Shown here: piece by piece, positions 39,093-53,127 of the stretch
How positions within the stretch are numbered: the first letter of the stretch is position 1
Layout: each line of letters opens with the position of its first letter
From: Phoronis australis
Taxonomy: Eukaryota > Animalia > Phoronida
Assembly: GCA_002633005.1 (NCBI GenBank)
Contig: NMRA01000007.1
Location: 1,735,042 to 1,799,041 of the forward strand
Direction: 5' to 3'
DNA length: 64,000 nucleotides
The notes under the pieces: model-generated
What the model saw: the letters and a program-made list of their open reading frames with translations, nothing else
What the model was told of the DNA's origin: nothing
Database searches by the model: none
Translations under genes and position numbers: made by a program

Positions 39093-40059
39093 GTGAGTTT
39101 CTGAATTTTATTTTAACGGCAGCATTGTTCGTGGCTTGAGAAATAGGTGCTCATTAGTTTTTTGGGCCCATGACCAACAAACTTTACTCAATATTCGACT
39201 TGAAAATTGATCAATAAAGTTGTGCGAAATTGGAAAACTTGCTCAAACCATGACACGCGATCTGTGCTTTTATTAGTCTAGTCTCAAGTACAGTTTGATG
39301 TTCATGGACCCAAGTTTATGAAAGATCTTGCATTTTACAAACTATGGTTACTTAAAAAGTCATAATTTTCTAAATGTGTTTGTTACTTATTTATAAAATT
39401 TCAAAACACAGTGAATGCTACCCTGTTGCATTCTCCTCTCTTGTGGCTTTGCTTTTCCTCAGAGGATCTCTTGGTCACAGAGGTAGCTGATTGCTCATTA
39501 ATACAATACTTCATTAATGAGTCCTAAATATTCATAAGTCATCTCCTGACGTGATTACACCCAAAGAACTACGAAATTTGTCTGCTGGCAAACCTGAAGT
39601 TTTGTCAAATCGTGCCATAAGCTGGTCCTCTCTCACCTTGTCCACTTCTGTGGAAAGTTCAAGTTCCATCTGACCAAAAGGCAGATCTGTCGTCTGATCT
39701 GCATTTAGCGTAATCTCAAAAAATTGTTTCTGTCAAAGCCCACCTGTCCCATTTGCCTACAAATCCAATGTAGCTCCGGTAATTCTCGCATATGTAGCTC
39801 CGGTAATTCTCGACTTAATTGCCCTAAAATAATTGCCAACGTTGCTATTTTCCATTTTGTGAAGGTTCATTAGTTACCTTGTTGCAAAATAATGGAAATT
39901 TTACCAAGTGTCATTTTGCAACATCTTCACAGTTCCAGCCATGCTAGCAACAGATGTAATGTTCTTTGTTACAACTGACCCGGGGGGGCTTTAAGTGGGA
40001 AATCTGCCTTCTATTTCAGACCTCACTGCCTTTTAAATATTTAAATTATCATTTGCTGT

Positions 40060-40690
40060 AAGTCCATGCAATAGGAAGGGTGCCCTCTTCATACTTTCTT
40101 TACTTCTGGTGAGGCTGTGGGTTGCAACAATGCAGTGATTCATTAGACCAACATTAATCCATAAATATCCACTTATGAATGCTATGTATATTTTAAGTCC
40201 ACCACAACAGCAAGGGTGCCTTGTTCATGCTTCGTTTCTTTGCTTCTTGTCAGGCAATCTGCAGTTCAGTGATTCATTGTAACAATATTTGTTCTAATCC
40301 ATTTTAAAGATTCACATATGATTGCTATATAAAGCCCACTGCAACAAGAAAGGTGCCCTGTTCACTCTTTGTTTCTTTGCTTCTGGTCAGGCAATGGGTT
40401 TCAATATCTCAGTGATTTGTTATAACGATATTTGTTATAATCCATAAAGATTCACATGTGAATGCTTAAATCCACAGCAGGAAGGGTGCTCTGTTCACAC
40501 TTTTGTTTCTTTGCTTCTGGTCTGCAGTGGGTTTCAGTAATTCAGTGATTTTTTTAACAATATTTGTTCTAATCCATTAAAATTCACATGTGAATGGGTT
40601 AAGTCCAGTGCAACAGGAAGGGTGCCCTGTTCACATTTAGTTCGTTTACTTATGGTCAGGCAATGGATTTTAAGGTTTCAGCTTCTGATC
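40060..40690. repeat. Degenerate ~135-bp minisatellite, ~4.7 copies
   Basis: Anchor AAGGGTGCC recurs at about 40076, 40212, 40349, 40482 and 40618, followed by gttca..tttctttgcttctggtcaggcaat. Confidence 0.85.
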
Positions 40691-41384
40691 TGTTTTTGTG
40701 CCCAAGGGCTGATTGCCTGTTCGTTAGCAATAATCAAGTTAGGAGTTATTGCTTTAGCACTCTTACTTTTATTGCTTGTTATCAAGTATAACAACACCCT
40801 GGGGTTATGTCATTTTGGCCTTAATTGATATTTGAAGTATGATTAAGATGTTTGTAATCTTGTTTGTCTTAGTATTTACCCATTGGATTTCAACTCTTTA
40901 TCTGCCTAAGTGCAGGAATCTTAGCTCTCTTGTCAGGCCCTGGTGTCATGCGTTCCTGCATTGTGTGATACAGCTGTTTTCTGGCAGAGCTATGAACTTC
41001 TTCATGGGGCCCAACTATGTTTTTAGTGTCTGCTACTGTGGCTTGATTTTAGGGGCTAACTATTGATTGTAGAGAAGTTTATGTTATTTGAGCTTAATAT
41101 CACTAATGTCTAAGAAATACATCCTGCACTCCTGTACCTTATCGTTTTGTTGTCATGAATGCATACAACACATTTCATTTTGGAATTTCCTACCCTGCTT
41201 AGTGCCATGTAATGAAATGAGTTGCGTGAAAAAAGTTTCCATGGCCTGAAGCAGTTATTATCCCACGTTCTGTCTAGTGGTCTTTTCTCATTTCCCGCTG
41301 AATCAAATCTGCTTGTAGAGGAGCTTTTCCATTAGCTTTGGTCCAAAACCAACTGTACATCTAAAGTGATATCCACACACAGAC

Positions 41385-41529
41385 TTACCCTAGAACAAGT
41401 TACTCGTGGGACAACTTGTCAATGGGTCCGAGTGCTCTGTGAACGCTATTTAAACTAGTGCAACTTAACCTAGTTGTGACAACTTACTCCACCTTATCAA
41501 GGTATGTAGATTAACTTGTTCGAGGGTAA
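41385..41529. mobile_element. Short element with inverted termini
   Basis: TTACCCTAGAACAAGTTA ... TAACTTGTTCGAGGGTAA (17/18 complementary). Confidence 0.55.
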
Positions 41530-41960
41530 CTTGTGCCACTTCTAATCGCTGCGTGGCTGCTGTGGTTATATACAGACGGGTTTTCTTTTATATGCCCCCT
41601 ACTCACATTAGGTGTTCATGGTAATGCACGGAGCAACACCTTCTGCCTTACCCTAGTTATTGGATATACAAATGTGTATGTGTGGATGCTCCACTCAAAA
41701 GTGGGGTAAGTTGCACTGGTGGAAGTTGTTGTGGCAGTGTTCTTCACAATTCGCTCGCGTGAAAACTGCAGCAAACATGCTGGCAGTGTGTGACGGTCAA
41801 CGTTCTCCGACTCTGTAGTGCGCATGCACTTACTTGCCTTTTTACCCTTCAACAGTAATGCACAGTAATGTAAACAAAAACAAATAACTGTGTTAGGGCC
41901 TCATGTGATGTCCAAGTGACCAGATTGATATCTCTGCCTGTGTTGCATGACATCAGATAT

Positions 41961-42268
41961 CAGGGCCCTCCATGACTTGATTTTGGGGCCAAATGTCAGC
42001 CCTGTACTCCTGTGAAAAATATTTAAAAATCACACCCAATTTCCCTAACCAGGCCCAAAAATTCCCCTACAATAATTTAAAAATTCCCCCCAGGTTAGAG
42101 TCACTTAAATGTAAAGCATTGCTTTTGCCTACTTGAGGCATTGATGGGTGGTGACCGAGGGGAAGGTTTGAATGGAATTTATGGTGATGGGGGAAGGGGT
42201 TTCCCTGAAGCAAAACACTCCCTCAGGAAGGACAGGCACCTGTCCTCAAATGTGAGAAAGGGTCCTGG
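41961..42268. mobile_element. MITE-like element with CAGGGCCC / GGGTCCTG ends
   Basis: Short inverted termini and homology to 36201-36523. Confidence 0.55.
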
Positions 42269-44740
42269 ATGTAGACACACTGCTGACGTGGGCTAAGATG
42301 CATTTTTGTTTCAACCATAGCTAGCCCTGAAAATTGTCAAGTCATAAATTAACTACCTGCTGAAGAGGTTTCCTATACATCTGACAAATAGACTGATCAC
42401 CTGCTTTACACTAATTTGTTCTCTTTTCCCATTTGAGTGAGACTTTGATGGTAGTAAAATGTTAGTGTAGGGAGCTGTGGTCAACTGTGGTTAACATCTT
42501 CTGTAGGTATTGACCTTGTATTCATACTCTCCACACCATCCTGTCCACCTTATTGTGTTTGTACATACCTGGGTTTTACAACCAGGAACATGTAGGTCAA
42601 TCAATAGGTTAGTCATGAACATAACCTAACTGTGTGTAGGTATTCACATTTTCACTCCATCCCTGGACTGGGGTCACTTGTTATTTAGGTACTGCTGAAT
42701 TAATCACTGTATTTATTTCATGTGGTAAATAGCTGTAGGCCAATGTTCACCAGGTGGATTCATTTGCTGGAGTTTGGCCTAATGACTACAATACTGATGA
42801 CCTGTGGAAAATTGATTTGAAACTTGGAAACCTAGGCTGGTTTGTTCACATGATTCTCAGTTGGTTCCATGGTGTGATTGTTAATTGTGGGTGCTAGGGT
42901 GCTAAGCTTGGTGTGTCGCCGGGCCTAATAAGGCTATGAAACAGTCACAGGTAAGGTTTTTACTAGTACATCATAGGTCCCCCCTCTGTGTGACATCTTA
43001 AAATATTGGTAGCCAGCTATATTGGCATCAGGCGAGCCACATTTTTATAGGAAACAATCTAGTTAGGTCATGTATACATATGAATGTAGTGTTGTTGATG
43101 ATGAGTAAGGCAGTAAGACTATAGTGAATACCATAGGTGTGATTTATTACACTGTACTACCTGGTCACTCATACTTTGTTATCAGGCTGGCTAAAGGGGG
43201 AGTGGCCAGTGTTTGCCTTCTTTATCAGTGTGACTGGCTCTGTTCAAGAGGTGCTACTAAACAGTTCAAGGGAGCATGGAGTTATCTGACCAAGGTCATG
43301 GTAGGGTCGGCATTGTTGTGGGTAAAAGGTTGAACTGATAATTGTAACCCATGTAGAAAATTCTCTTCAACTACCTGTTGTGTGTTGTGACTCTAGAGAT
43401 GTAGCCGAACTTTTCAATAGGTTCGCATTGGTCTTTCGTTGGAGCTTTGAGACAGATTTACTTGTTTTGTTCATGTATGGTACGTATGTTCATTGTACAG
43501 GTACAGTAGACTTGAGTTAATTTTATGTGTGACTGAGTTATTTACCAAAAATAAGAACATGTCTGGGAACATTAAGGCATGAGACTGTCTTCTCAGCAGC
43601 AATATCTCTTAGACTGTTACATTCTCCCAGCAAGTTAATGAGGCTTGGGCTAGTGATTTTGCACTAAGAGTCTTTGGAATCCATTCATAGCATATATGTA
43701 ACTGTAGTATTTTCACTTGAGTGTAGGTTGTTGGAGGTTGTTTTCGCAGGTATTATGTAACACAGTAATGGTGCCATCCATGACCTTTCTGAATACAATC
43801 AATAGTGACTGAAGGCCAGGTCAAATAGGATTTACTTGTCACTATCTATGTTCAATTCGCACATCATCTGAGTCACTTAATATAACTTGTCTGGCAGGCT
43901 AATATATTTGAGATTATCAGATTAACATTTCGATTTTGTCACTTTGGAAAAATTCAGTCTACAGCTGTGTTTACCCATTATTCATTCAGCTTTATGTGGG
44001 CATATGTGCCAGAGTGGGATTTGGTGGGTGTTGGTGAACCTGAACCAAGTGCCTAGCTTTACCAGGCTCTTCTGAAAGATTCTCTTCACCAGGTTGAGTA
44101 CCATATTGGTCCAGAATTTCATTATCTTCCTGTCGTAGTACTTTAAAAGTTGTTGTTTCATTTTATATTTGGTATACATCTTGGGTCTCGACTCGAGACT
44201 TGAACGTCTGAATTTTCACTGGCTAGTGTTCACCGTGTTACATACCTCAATGAATAACTGGTTCTTATGAGAATCGATTTTAGTTCCCAGTTTTGTTGTG
44301 ACAGACAACCATCTTGTGCCTGTATGTTTATCCCAGTCATAACACACATTAGAGAAAATTTATTCTGGAGTACATAGTGCTGTATGTGCCGTTAGAGCAA
44401 AATTTATTAAAAATTAGGGTGGGCGTTGAACTGAATCTGCTGGTTATAATCAAATAATTAGATACTTAGTGCTTGTCAAAGTAAACCTGTATGACTTCCA
44501 ACATTCCCCTTACACTTAAAGGGACACTTTCGTTTTTATGACTGAAAAATGCGTTTTGGGATTCTTGTACGATGGAATAGGCCTTTTGGAGTTATGAGCT
44601 TTGACCAGAACTGTAAAACAATGAATTATTTGTACTTTTGTGATTTTATTACAAATTGCTAATTCTCGCCGTTGTCTGCCAGACATTTATGCAAATCAAG
44701 GCTGATAACTTTACTAGTTTAATACTCTAACACGTAGTTG

Positions 44741-44815
44741 GTGGGTTTCAGCTCAGCCAGTAGAGGGTTTCACTACAAGGCAAGAAATTTCAGGTTCGAA
44801 TCCACGGTGGGGTTG
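44741..44815 (+). mobile_element. tRNA-derived SINE head or tRNA pseudogene
   Basis: A-box-like AGCTCAGCCAGTAGAG (44750-44765) and B-box GGTTCGAATCC (44793-44803) at tRNA-like spacing; stems do not pair as a functional cloverleaf. Confidence 0.6.
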
Positions 44816-45413
44816 ATCTCAGTAAAAGAATTTTCTTGCTAGTAATGTCGCATTATCAAACAACACATGTGACCTTAGGGCTGTGTTCAACCAAGTTAGT
44901 TCTCAATACAAGAGTAAAAAAAACAAAAGGGAAATGGCATAAAGCGTTGTACCATCTGTTTATAGAAATCACGTGGTTTCACTGTGAAGTTTTTCTTTTT
45001 GACAAAATTGCCCGTTCCCTGCCCGTTTTAAATCAAGAAGTTAAGAATGAAATTGGCGAGAGCTCAAGTGAGACTGAACACTTAGTTGTTACTATCTTGC
45101 TGGTTTCTTAAGACTGCTGCTCCTGTTTCAAATATTTCCAATTGTGTTAGGGACAATAGCTGCTGCAGTAGTAGAGTGAGCATTCAATAAAGGTGCACTG
45201 TGAGTACTATCTGGGTATTGATTGGAAGGTAAATAGAAAAACATCTTTGGTATAGTTGGTTGACACAATGGCTGAGATGATAACACTGATGGCCTTTCCC
45301 TATTGTACAACATTATGGAGGCCTGAAGGAAGTATTAATTTAAAGGGATGTTTCCTTTCTACTCAGGACCATATGATAGAAATTGTGAAAGTGGCTGTTA
45401 GTCCTTGCCATGA

Positions 45414-45776
45414 CAGCAATACCCTTATCCTGAATTCAACTCTCTTTTTTGGAGGTAGAAAAGTGCATTTGCACAGTTTATCTATTCAAAAGGTAGGGTT
45501 GGCTGCTAACACATTTCTGAGCCAAGTCAAACTAGTGAAGAACAATTCACGTCTCACTCAGCTGTTCAAATTTTTTGTCTGTATTGCAAGTCAGCAATTG
45601 CCTCATACTGAATTCAACTGTCTTTTGTGGAGGTAGAAAAGTGCATTTGCACAATTTATCTATTGTTCAAAAGGTAGGGCTGGCTGCTAACACACTTCTC
45701 AGCCAAGTCAAATTTGTGAAGAACGATTCATGTCTCACTCAGCTGTTCAAATTTTTTATGTCTGTATTGCAAGTCA
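45414..45776. repeat. About 178-bp tandem duplication (2 diverged copies)
   Basis: ctgaattcaac..ggaggtagaaaagtgcatttgcaca..gtctgtattgcaagtca at 45430 and 45608, with multiple substitutions. Confidence 0.9.
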
Positions 45777-48700
45777 CTATGTAACAATAAAATTTTGTAG
45801 GGACAAATGGCATTAATCAATAGTGTTATAATGTAAAGTAGTGCTTAGCAAGCCTGAAGTGTACAACTGCAAGGCAAGTGCCCTACCAAGGTGCAGCATT
45901 GCAGGTAAATACTGCAGAAACTGAGAATGAAGTGGCTATTGGTTTCTACCATTTAAACAAATTAGGGACGCCACGTGCAATGGGAGGCTTTGGAGAAGCA
46001 ATGGGGCTGAACACCATGAGCCAGTGACTCTTAGCACTTTGTGGCTGTACCAGGAGGTACTTCTTCGCTGCCAGTGGCATTAAGAATATTTTTACTTCGT
46101 CAAATGGTCCTTTTGTATTGTATGTGATTAGACTTGGTGCATTTTAAATAAACTAATATGAAATTACCTTCTCATCATGTGGAGGCCACTGGTGTCCAGC
46201 ACTATGTGATCAGTTGCCACATTGCTACTTGGAAAGTATCTGGTAGAAATAATAAATGATGGATTTGACCCGACTTCCACTCAACAGAATTTCAGCAATT
46301 TCAGTAACATTATATATAAAGTGACTAATAACATTCTTTTGACGGTATTTATTTGGCAGAAAATCTATGGTGAAAATTTGAAATTGACTGGCGTCATTTT
46401 ATGATTCGGTGTGTTATGCTACAAAGTTTCAAAGAAGTCTTCTAAAATCCATCTTTGTTTTGTCTACCACTTCATGGCCTACACAGTTGAGCCAGAATGT
46501 TTTCATTAGTTCCTTTGCCCATAACAATTGGCTCTCCAGCTCAAGTGGAGGACTTTCTGTGTGCAAACAGTCTCTAACCTGACCTTCAATACAAGACTGT
46601 GAAATCAGCACTTGGCCACCAAGATGGCCGATTCTGTGCTAGATTTCATGGAAGGTGTAGATTTGTCTTGATGTCTTTGTGGATGCGGGTCACCGCCTCT
46701 TGTTTTGCTCCATTTGACAGTTAGTCATGGCTGAGCTGCCATCTGGGTAGCTAAGAGTACTATAGAGCTTGTGGTTATTGATATGACTTGGAGGTCTGTT
46801 GAAGTTCTACCTAATGTCAGTTTTTAGTAGTTTACCCAGTTGTATTGATGATAATTGCTTTAACTTAATGTCTTGGTTAACTGATAGCAGTATTGATTTT
46901 ACAATGAGTTTTTTTAATGGCTTTGGAAGTTGTTGTTTATGAGATAATTAGGAAGTGTTCATCTGTTTCTAGAAAACTTGTTTATCAAGTACTTAGAAGT
47001 TATGTTATTGGATTTGAAGTTGTCATTTAGTACTTACGTTGCCAATGTTCCTTGATTCTAGGCGCACGCCTATTCTTATCAACAATTTGGTATGTTCTTA
47101 AGTCTTGAACAATACACAGATTTACAACTGTCCTTTTCAATATTACCTATTTCATGTCTGATTCTGCAGAGCGTGATCTACAGCACTCTTAACTAAAATA
47201 AAAGCTCACTAATTGCGGAAAAATAATGGCCAAAAATTGACCTCTCGTCATTCTTCTTAGGCTTCAAACATTTTCTGGTATCAGCTGTGGTATCGAACTT
47301 AAACTTGAGAAAGCATTTATTTGATACTACTTATGTAAAAAGTGGAGAAATAAAACTTGACTTGTCCATCATATTTTGTCATAAATTTGTGAGATTTTAT
47401 GGTAGATTCTGTAAATGTTTCTTGGGTGGACCTGTCTGGCTTCTGCTGCAGCCGCGCAGTGCATCTTTCATTGAATCATGTTACTTGTACTGTTGTACAT
47501 CTATGTTACTTGTCCATGTATCTGTATCTGCTACTGGTTAACATCCAGCCAAGTTGTTGCACCATGTTGAGCCATGGTTATGTACACACACATTCTTTCA
47601 TTAGGTAATTACCATAGATTTACCCATTAGATTCTCATTAAGCACACATGTAACTGGACTTTGGGCTCTTGTACTGTGGGCCAACCATAGCATCCTCCCA
47701 GGAGTTTTAGTTTTTAGGTGGCTCATCAGTTATTGTTATTGACTGTTCATTGGTTGTTGGTAAATTTTCTTTATATTCGAGCAGAATTGATTTCCGTAAT
47801 TGTCATTGTTCATTTTCTCAAGTTCACTGGATAACTCAAAACGTTCCACCCTGCCTTGGTGAGGTTTTGCACTTGGCCATGTTATTTAGAGTATCGATTT
47901 TAACCTTTTCGAGGAACATTGTTTTGACTGAATCGTTTTAAGAACGTGGGTTTTCCATAGGTTTGGATAATCATTTACCTTGTGAAGGCTATTACTTTAC
48001 TGTTTATTAATTTTTTTAATGTAAAGTTATTTAAAACTCATGTCATGTTGGTTTGCGGATAAGCTTGGCATGGAAGTATAATGGTTGAATTAAGGATAGT
48101 GTTCAAATTAATGACTTGCTACCTTAGCACAGTTTCAACTTGGAGACCTTGGTATTTAAACTTACTATACAACGCTAGTGTCAGTCGTCAGTCGGTCGTG
48201 ATTCTAGTCGGTCATAAGTTGACAGTCAGTACATCCAAGCAGTTTTCCATGCACCTGTGTTTGCAGTGGACACCATGTCCCAAAAAGACCAGAACAACTG
48301 GGTTTGCTTCCCAACTGATGCAGAGTCAGATGTACAGCCTTTCTATTGGAGCTGGGACGAAGGAACAATCAATGGTATCATATTTGAACTTTTGCTGCTA
48401 TTAAGATAGCTCATTGCCTAGTTCCAGTCAAGTTGATCGTCTCTCAAATTGTGATTTTGAAATGTCTGCGTGCAAACAGGTGGATTTTACAGTAGTATTT
48501 CAATACAGGTGAAGCAAATGTTTGTTCTGCATACATTCTGTCTTTGCACAACCTCAACTTTGGCTCTGTGTTGGCATTGATGTTTGTACTGAGGCCTGTC
48601 ACCTAATCAGGCAACACTGTTCACCCCAGAAGAAAATAGAGACTAGACCACTATAAAGCTGAAAGCTATTTAGAGTTAATTAAAACTCTAGTTTTCGCTG

Positions 48701-51700
48701 GTTACTTGTGTGTATTCTGGTTAGGGACGCCATTTTCTCAGTTCATAGTATATTGCTGGTCTGGCCCGCCATCATGCTTTCTGTTTGCATGGTAATTTGC
48801 CTGGGTTTTCCCGTTTGTTTTGGCCCTGCATTGAAATGGTGTCAGTTATTCTTGGTTGTGATCCAGTGTGGTATTTCGGTATCATCTGATGAGACAATAG
48901 CCTGTACTATAATCTACCGACTGACCTGCTTTTGGAAAGGCTGTGTTCCAATGACGTATATTGCACGTCTGCCCCTCTCCCGTCTAATGGTGATCACATG
49001 ACAGGGCTTCGACACAGGCGAGTAAATCCTCGAATATACAAGTCGAAAAAGTAGAAAATACGAATAGAAAATTGACATCTGGCATTTTTCTTTTGGACAC
49101 CACATTTTATGAGCGACACTTTTGTTTTCAAGCGGATAATTTAGCCTGTGTAGAGCACTGCACATTATTAGTTGTGTCACCTTTAACAGAGGTGTGGCGA
49201 ATTCGTTAACGTTTGGTATGAATACCTCTTCATTATAAGCCATTTGATTTCCAGGCTCATTCAAGTGTCCTGACTGATAGAAATCGTTAATAAATGCTGT
49301 GTTACTGTCATGAACAGGAAGTTTGTGGCTTTCAATTAGCGAGGGCAGTAGTTCTGGTCCAAGTTTCACTGTTGTGCTGTCTATTTTAATATGAAGTCTA
49401 AACAGTTGTGTTGTCAGGTTGTGTCTGGTATAATGTCCCTCAAGTAGTGTATGCATGACTTGGCATTATGCCATGTTTTATGGCAAAAAATGAATCATGT
49501 TACGATGTATGAAGTGTTACCCAAACAAAATTCTTAGACTTCGTCTGAACTTCCAACTGCCAAAAGATATTGTGGTAGACTGACAGCAGTCTTTGAGGGG
49601 TGGAGGCACTTGTTGCTTAGCAACCTCAGTGGCTGTGAAATTACTGGATGTTGCTTAGATTGAGCCCAGTCTGGAAGTGGCTGTAAATCCCCAGAGAAGC
49701 AGCACACAGCGTCTTGGGAGCTGGGCCAGACGTGACTGTTGATGCTCTTTGATCTAGGCTAATGTGAGGCAGCTTTTAGTGGTATTTAAGAGGTGTTCCC
49801 AGTACATTATGCAAAAGAATCTTAGTTGTTACTTTGATCGTTTTAACAGCTTTCCAAGGTGAAACATGAATGATGGATATGTCTTGCTGAATGTTTATGT
49901 GATGTGTATTGATCAAACAAAAGTCACCTGTCATCCAGTTATGTCTTTTTCTCCTGTTATGAATTTCATTGCAGTCATCTTATTAGATTTGTTAAACCTT
50001 GAACTTTTATGCTAGCTGGACAGTATGCATTAGCACTTGAGTTACCAAAAACAGTGCATCCTAGTCCCTACAGAGAACAAGTTTTTAGCGCATGGTTAAA
50101 CCATTTCAAAGTTCACCTGATCAGTGTATGATTGATTGATAATTGCATGCCCAGTTAAATCTTTTGTAATTAATGCTATCCTGTTGAGCAGTTAGTTGTC
50201 CAATCACTGTGCCAGGTTCCTATTGATTAAAGTAGGAAGGTCTATGTATTACCTATCTGTGTTGTATCTAGCCAGAAACAAACCTACCCGCACTACAAGC
50301 ATCGACAGCAGAGACCTGCTGATAAAAAGATGTAACGATAACCTAAGGCTATATAAGATCTAAAAAGTTTGTTCAAGCGACTACAAATTCACAAGTTTTT
50401 AAATCTACTGAGCTGAAGTACTGCACCTCACCACTAACATCACTCATAGTATAGGCATATCAGTGGACAGGTATGAATCAGATTTTATCAGTATTGAGTT
50501 GACCTATTTCGAACAAAGTTTTGCCTTGTGAAGATAAGATTGTTTTGGAAGGCGTGGTTGAAATTTGCATGTTGTCAGACGCTGCTGCAGACGCTGGTTT
50601 CCGTATCCTCACCTTTTTATCAAGTGAATTAACCATAGAAACTTGCCTTGTTTTTATCGATCTTTATTAATCATGTTCTCCAACCCTGATCTGCTTTTTT
50701 AATCCTCATCCGATTACGGTATTTGGTTTATTTTTAACGAGGTAAATCTTGTCGGGTTACCACGGAAAATATCGTGCAATGTAATTTGAGCACTTCTGTC
50801 GTGAAGCAGGTGCCTTCGATTAGAAAAAATAAATTAAAATGCTGTGTAGTCCTCAGAATTTGTTTTGAGTGTAAAGGATTGTCGGCATCAGTCATATAGC
50901 CTTGCTGGTTTTGAGGCTCATCTTTAGTACCCAAAACAGTTAAAAGCAGTTTTTTTGTAGTCTTTGAAGAACAATTCTTTATTGGCCTTAAGGAAAGTTT
51001 CTTGTGTGACTGAAATTTTTTATCATTTTGTCACAACGGATTTGTACTCTGTAAAGATGTGAACATCTAGTGCTACCTGTTTTTTAGTGTGATGGGCCAT
51101 CCCACTCTAATTTTGAGCCCCTAAGATCAAATATGACCACCATGTTCAAATGTTTAACCCCCATGCTCAATTTCTGATTGATTGTCGTATCAATTGAGCT
51201 TTTTAAGTGGTCTTGACCTATAAAATGTGTAGTCTCATTGTCACACTTTTCAGCTTAGTATTCACTGCAGTCAGAATATTAACAATTTTATTGAAAGTAC
51301 AAGCTAAATTAGAATTCACAAAATCTTTAACCAAGAACGCTTAGCGAGGAGGGGGAGTCTGCCTTTCGGGACTTGATTGAACACTGTGCTTTAATCTTGG
51401 TGAGAACACCTACATTCATATTGTTTTACTACATGATGAAAGTTTGTCGATTTCAGACAATAACAATTGCAAAAATTGCACATTTTTCATTTTTAAGTGG
51501 TTCTATTTCTAGTGCATTGTTGTTAATGCTCACATTTTTCAAATGTTGTCTGATGCAATGATTACTCCGCTGTAGAGAATTTCAACTCGGCAGGAATTGC
51601 AAATTTCACACCCCCAGAATCTAAGGCCATGATGGCCCTACAGTCTCGGTAATTTCATTTTGGCATGGGTCAAGTGTTTGTTTTTTATTGTACTATTTAT

Positions 51701-52251
51701 TAGATATTTCACGCAGTTTTTTTTGTCAAACAACATTTTTAACCTTAGACATTATTTAACATTTTGATAATGACTGATTGGCAAAAACAAAAAATAACTG
51801 ACCTTATATATGAACTAAGGGTATTGGCTTATATGTGACTATAAGGCCATTGTCTTCTATTCTGAGTCATTTGCATTTTCAAGGGTTTTCAAAAAGTATT
51901 TGGCCTATAGGGCCATGGCCTTATGTTTTGGGTACAATACATGTTTGAAAGTTCATGTCCATACTATGGAGGGTTCACATATAGGCTACAGTCCTTAAGC
52001 CTGGACTAATTTTACATTAGCCATGTTCACAGTTTTTTCCTAGGAACACACATTTGCACATTCTATCCAAAAGTGTGAGCTGTTTATGTTACCCTGTTTA
52101 CATTCACATATCAGCCTGTGTGGAGCCGCAATGTGTTTTTCTTACTCTCTATTTTTCTTGCCCTGATTACTACTTGTTACTTGTTTTAAATTGTTCGCCC
52201 ATGAGTCATACAATTCCAAGCAACTCTTATTCAGTTTTCACTTTTTTGTAG

Positions 52252-53127
52252 TTCCCAACATTAACAGTGTACAGAGTGCCTATGTGATAGCCGTGGAAGA
52301 TCAGGCAAGGCAGAGACTCGAGAAACTAGCGGCACTAAACCGGGTCCAGCCGGTGGACATGACAAAAATCTCTGGCCTGAATGAGCTGGATGAAACCACA
52401 GACATCGTTAACAACCCGATCTATGTGACCACGAATTTTAACAACAGTGGTGCCGAGTCGTTACCGTCCAATGGTCAGTCTGACATCGAGGACGTCAACC
52501 GTGCTAATTCTGTGAACTCAGTCACACATAGTGCAATGAATGGACATAGTGAGACTGCTGTTGTTAATGGCTACATGACTGAGAATGGTGATGACTATGT
52601 CATCAGTCCCAACAAGCCGCATCGTGAAATGGCTATCGATGTGCCAGAGACTTTCATTGCGTCCAAGAAGGAGCGTCCTAGCTACCCACCGCCCCAGCCG
52701 TCTCACCCCGCCCCAACCCCACCACAGAAGAATTCGCCAGCTGTGCCAAGGAAAACCACTCACGAGGATATGGGTAGTAATGGCTCGCTGTCACGTGACA
52801 AACAGGACCAGTTGGAGCGAATCCGTAAACACCAGGAGGAGTTGAAAAAGAGGCGAGAGGAAGAGAACAAGTTCATTCGTGAGCAGGAGTTTCTGCGCAA
52901 TTCGATACGTGAGTCAAAGAAACTCGCCAACTTAGAACAGAACAGGAAACCACCGCCACTAGAGGGCGTGGTCAACCCTGTGTTTGATGAGGACGAGAAT
53001 GGTGCAACGACGCCAGACATACATGAGGCATCCACATTGCCAGCCAGGGGGCGGCGAGACATCCCCGACGTGGGAGCAGTCAGACGGGAACCCGTCCCCC
53101 ACGAGAGGCAACTCAAAACTACACCAG
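52252..53127 (+). CDS. PALS1: PALS1/MPP5/Stardust large exon with ECR1 and ECR2
   Basis: cttttttgtag|tt ... cca g|gtgagt, 876 nt, phase 1-1. ECR1 PHREMAIDVPETF (Par-6-binding; PALS1 HREMAVDCP) and ECR2/coiled coil KRREEE..EQEFLRNSIRESKKL. Confidence 0.92.

Noticed and set aside
40060-40690. CRISPR-like repeat-spacer array
   Set aside because: Whole units are homologous with no unique spacers, the context is eukaryotic, and there are no cas genes; an ordinary minisatellite.
44741-44815. Functional tRNA gene
   Set aside because: A and B boxes are present, but acceptor and anticodon stems do not pair; treated as SINE or pseudogene.
48914-49456. 180-aa minus-strand ORF as a nested gene
   Set aside because: No recognisable domain or motif; it overlaps repeat-like sequence within a PALS1 intron.
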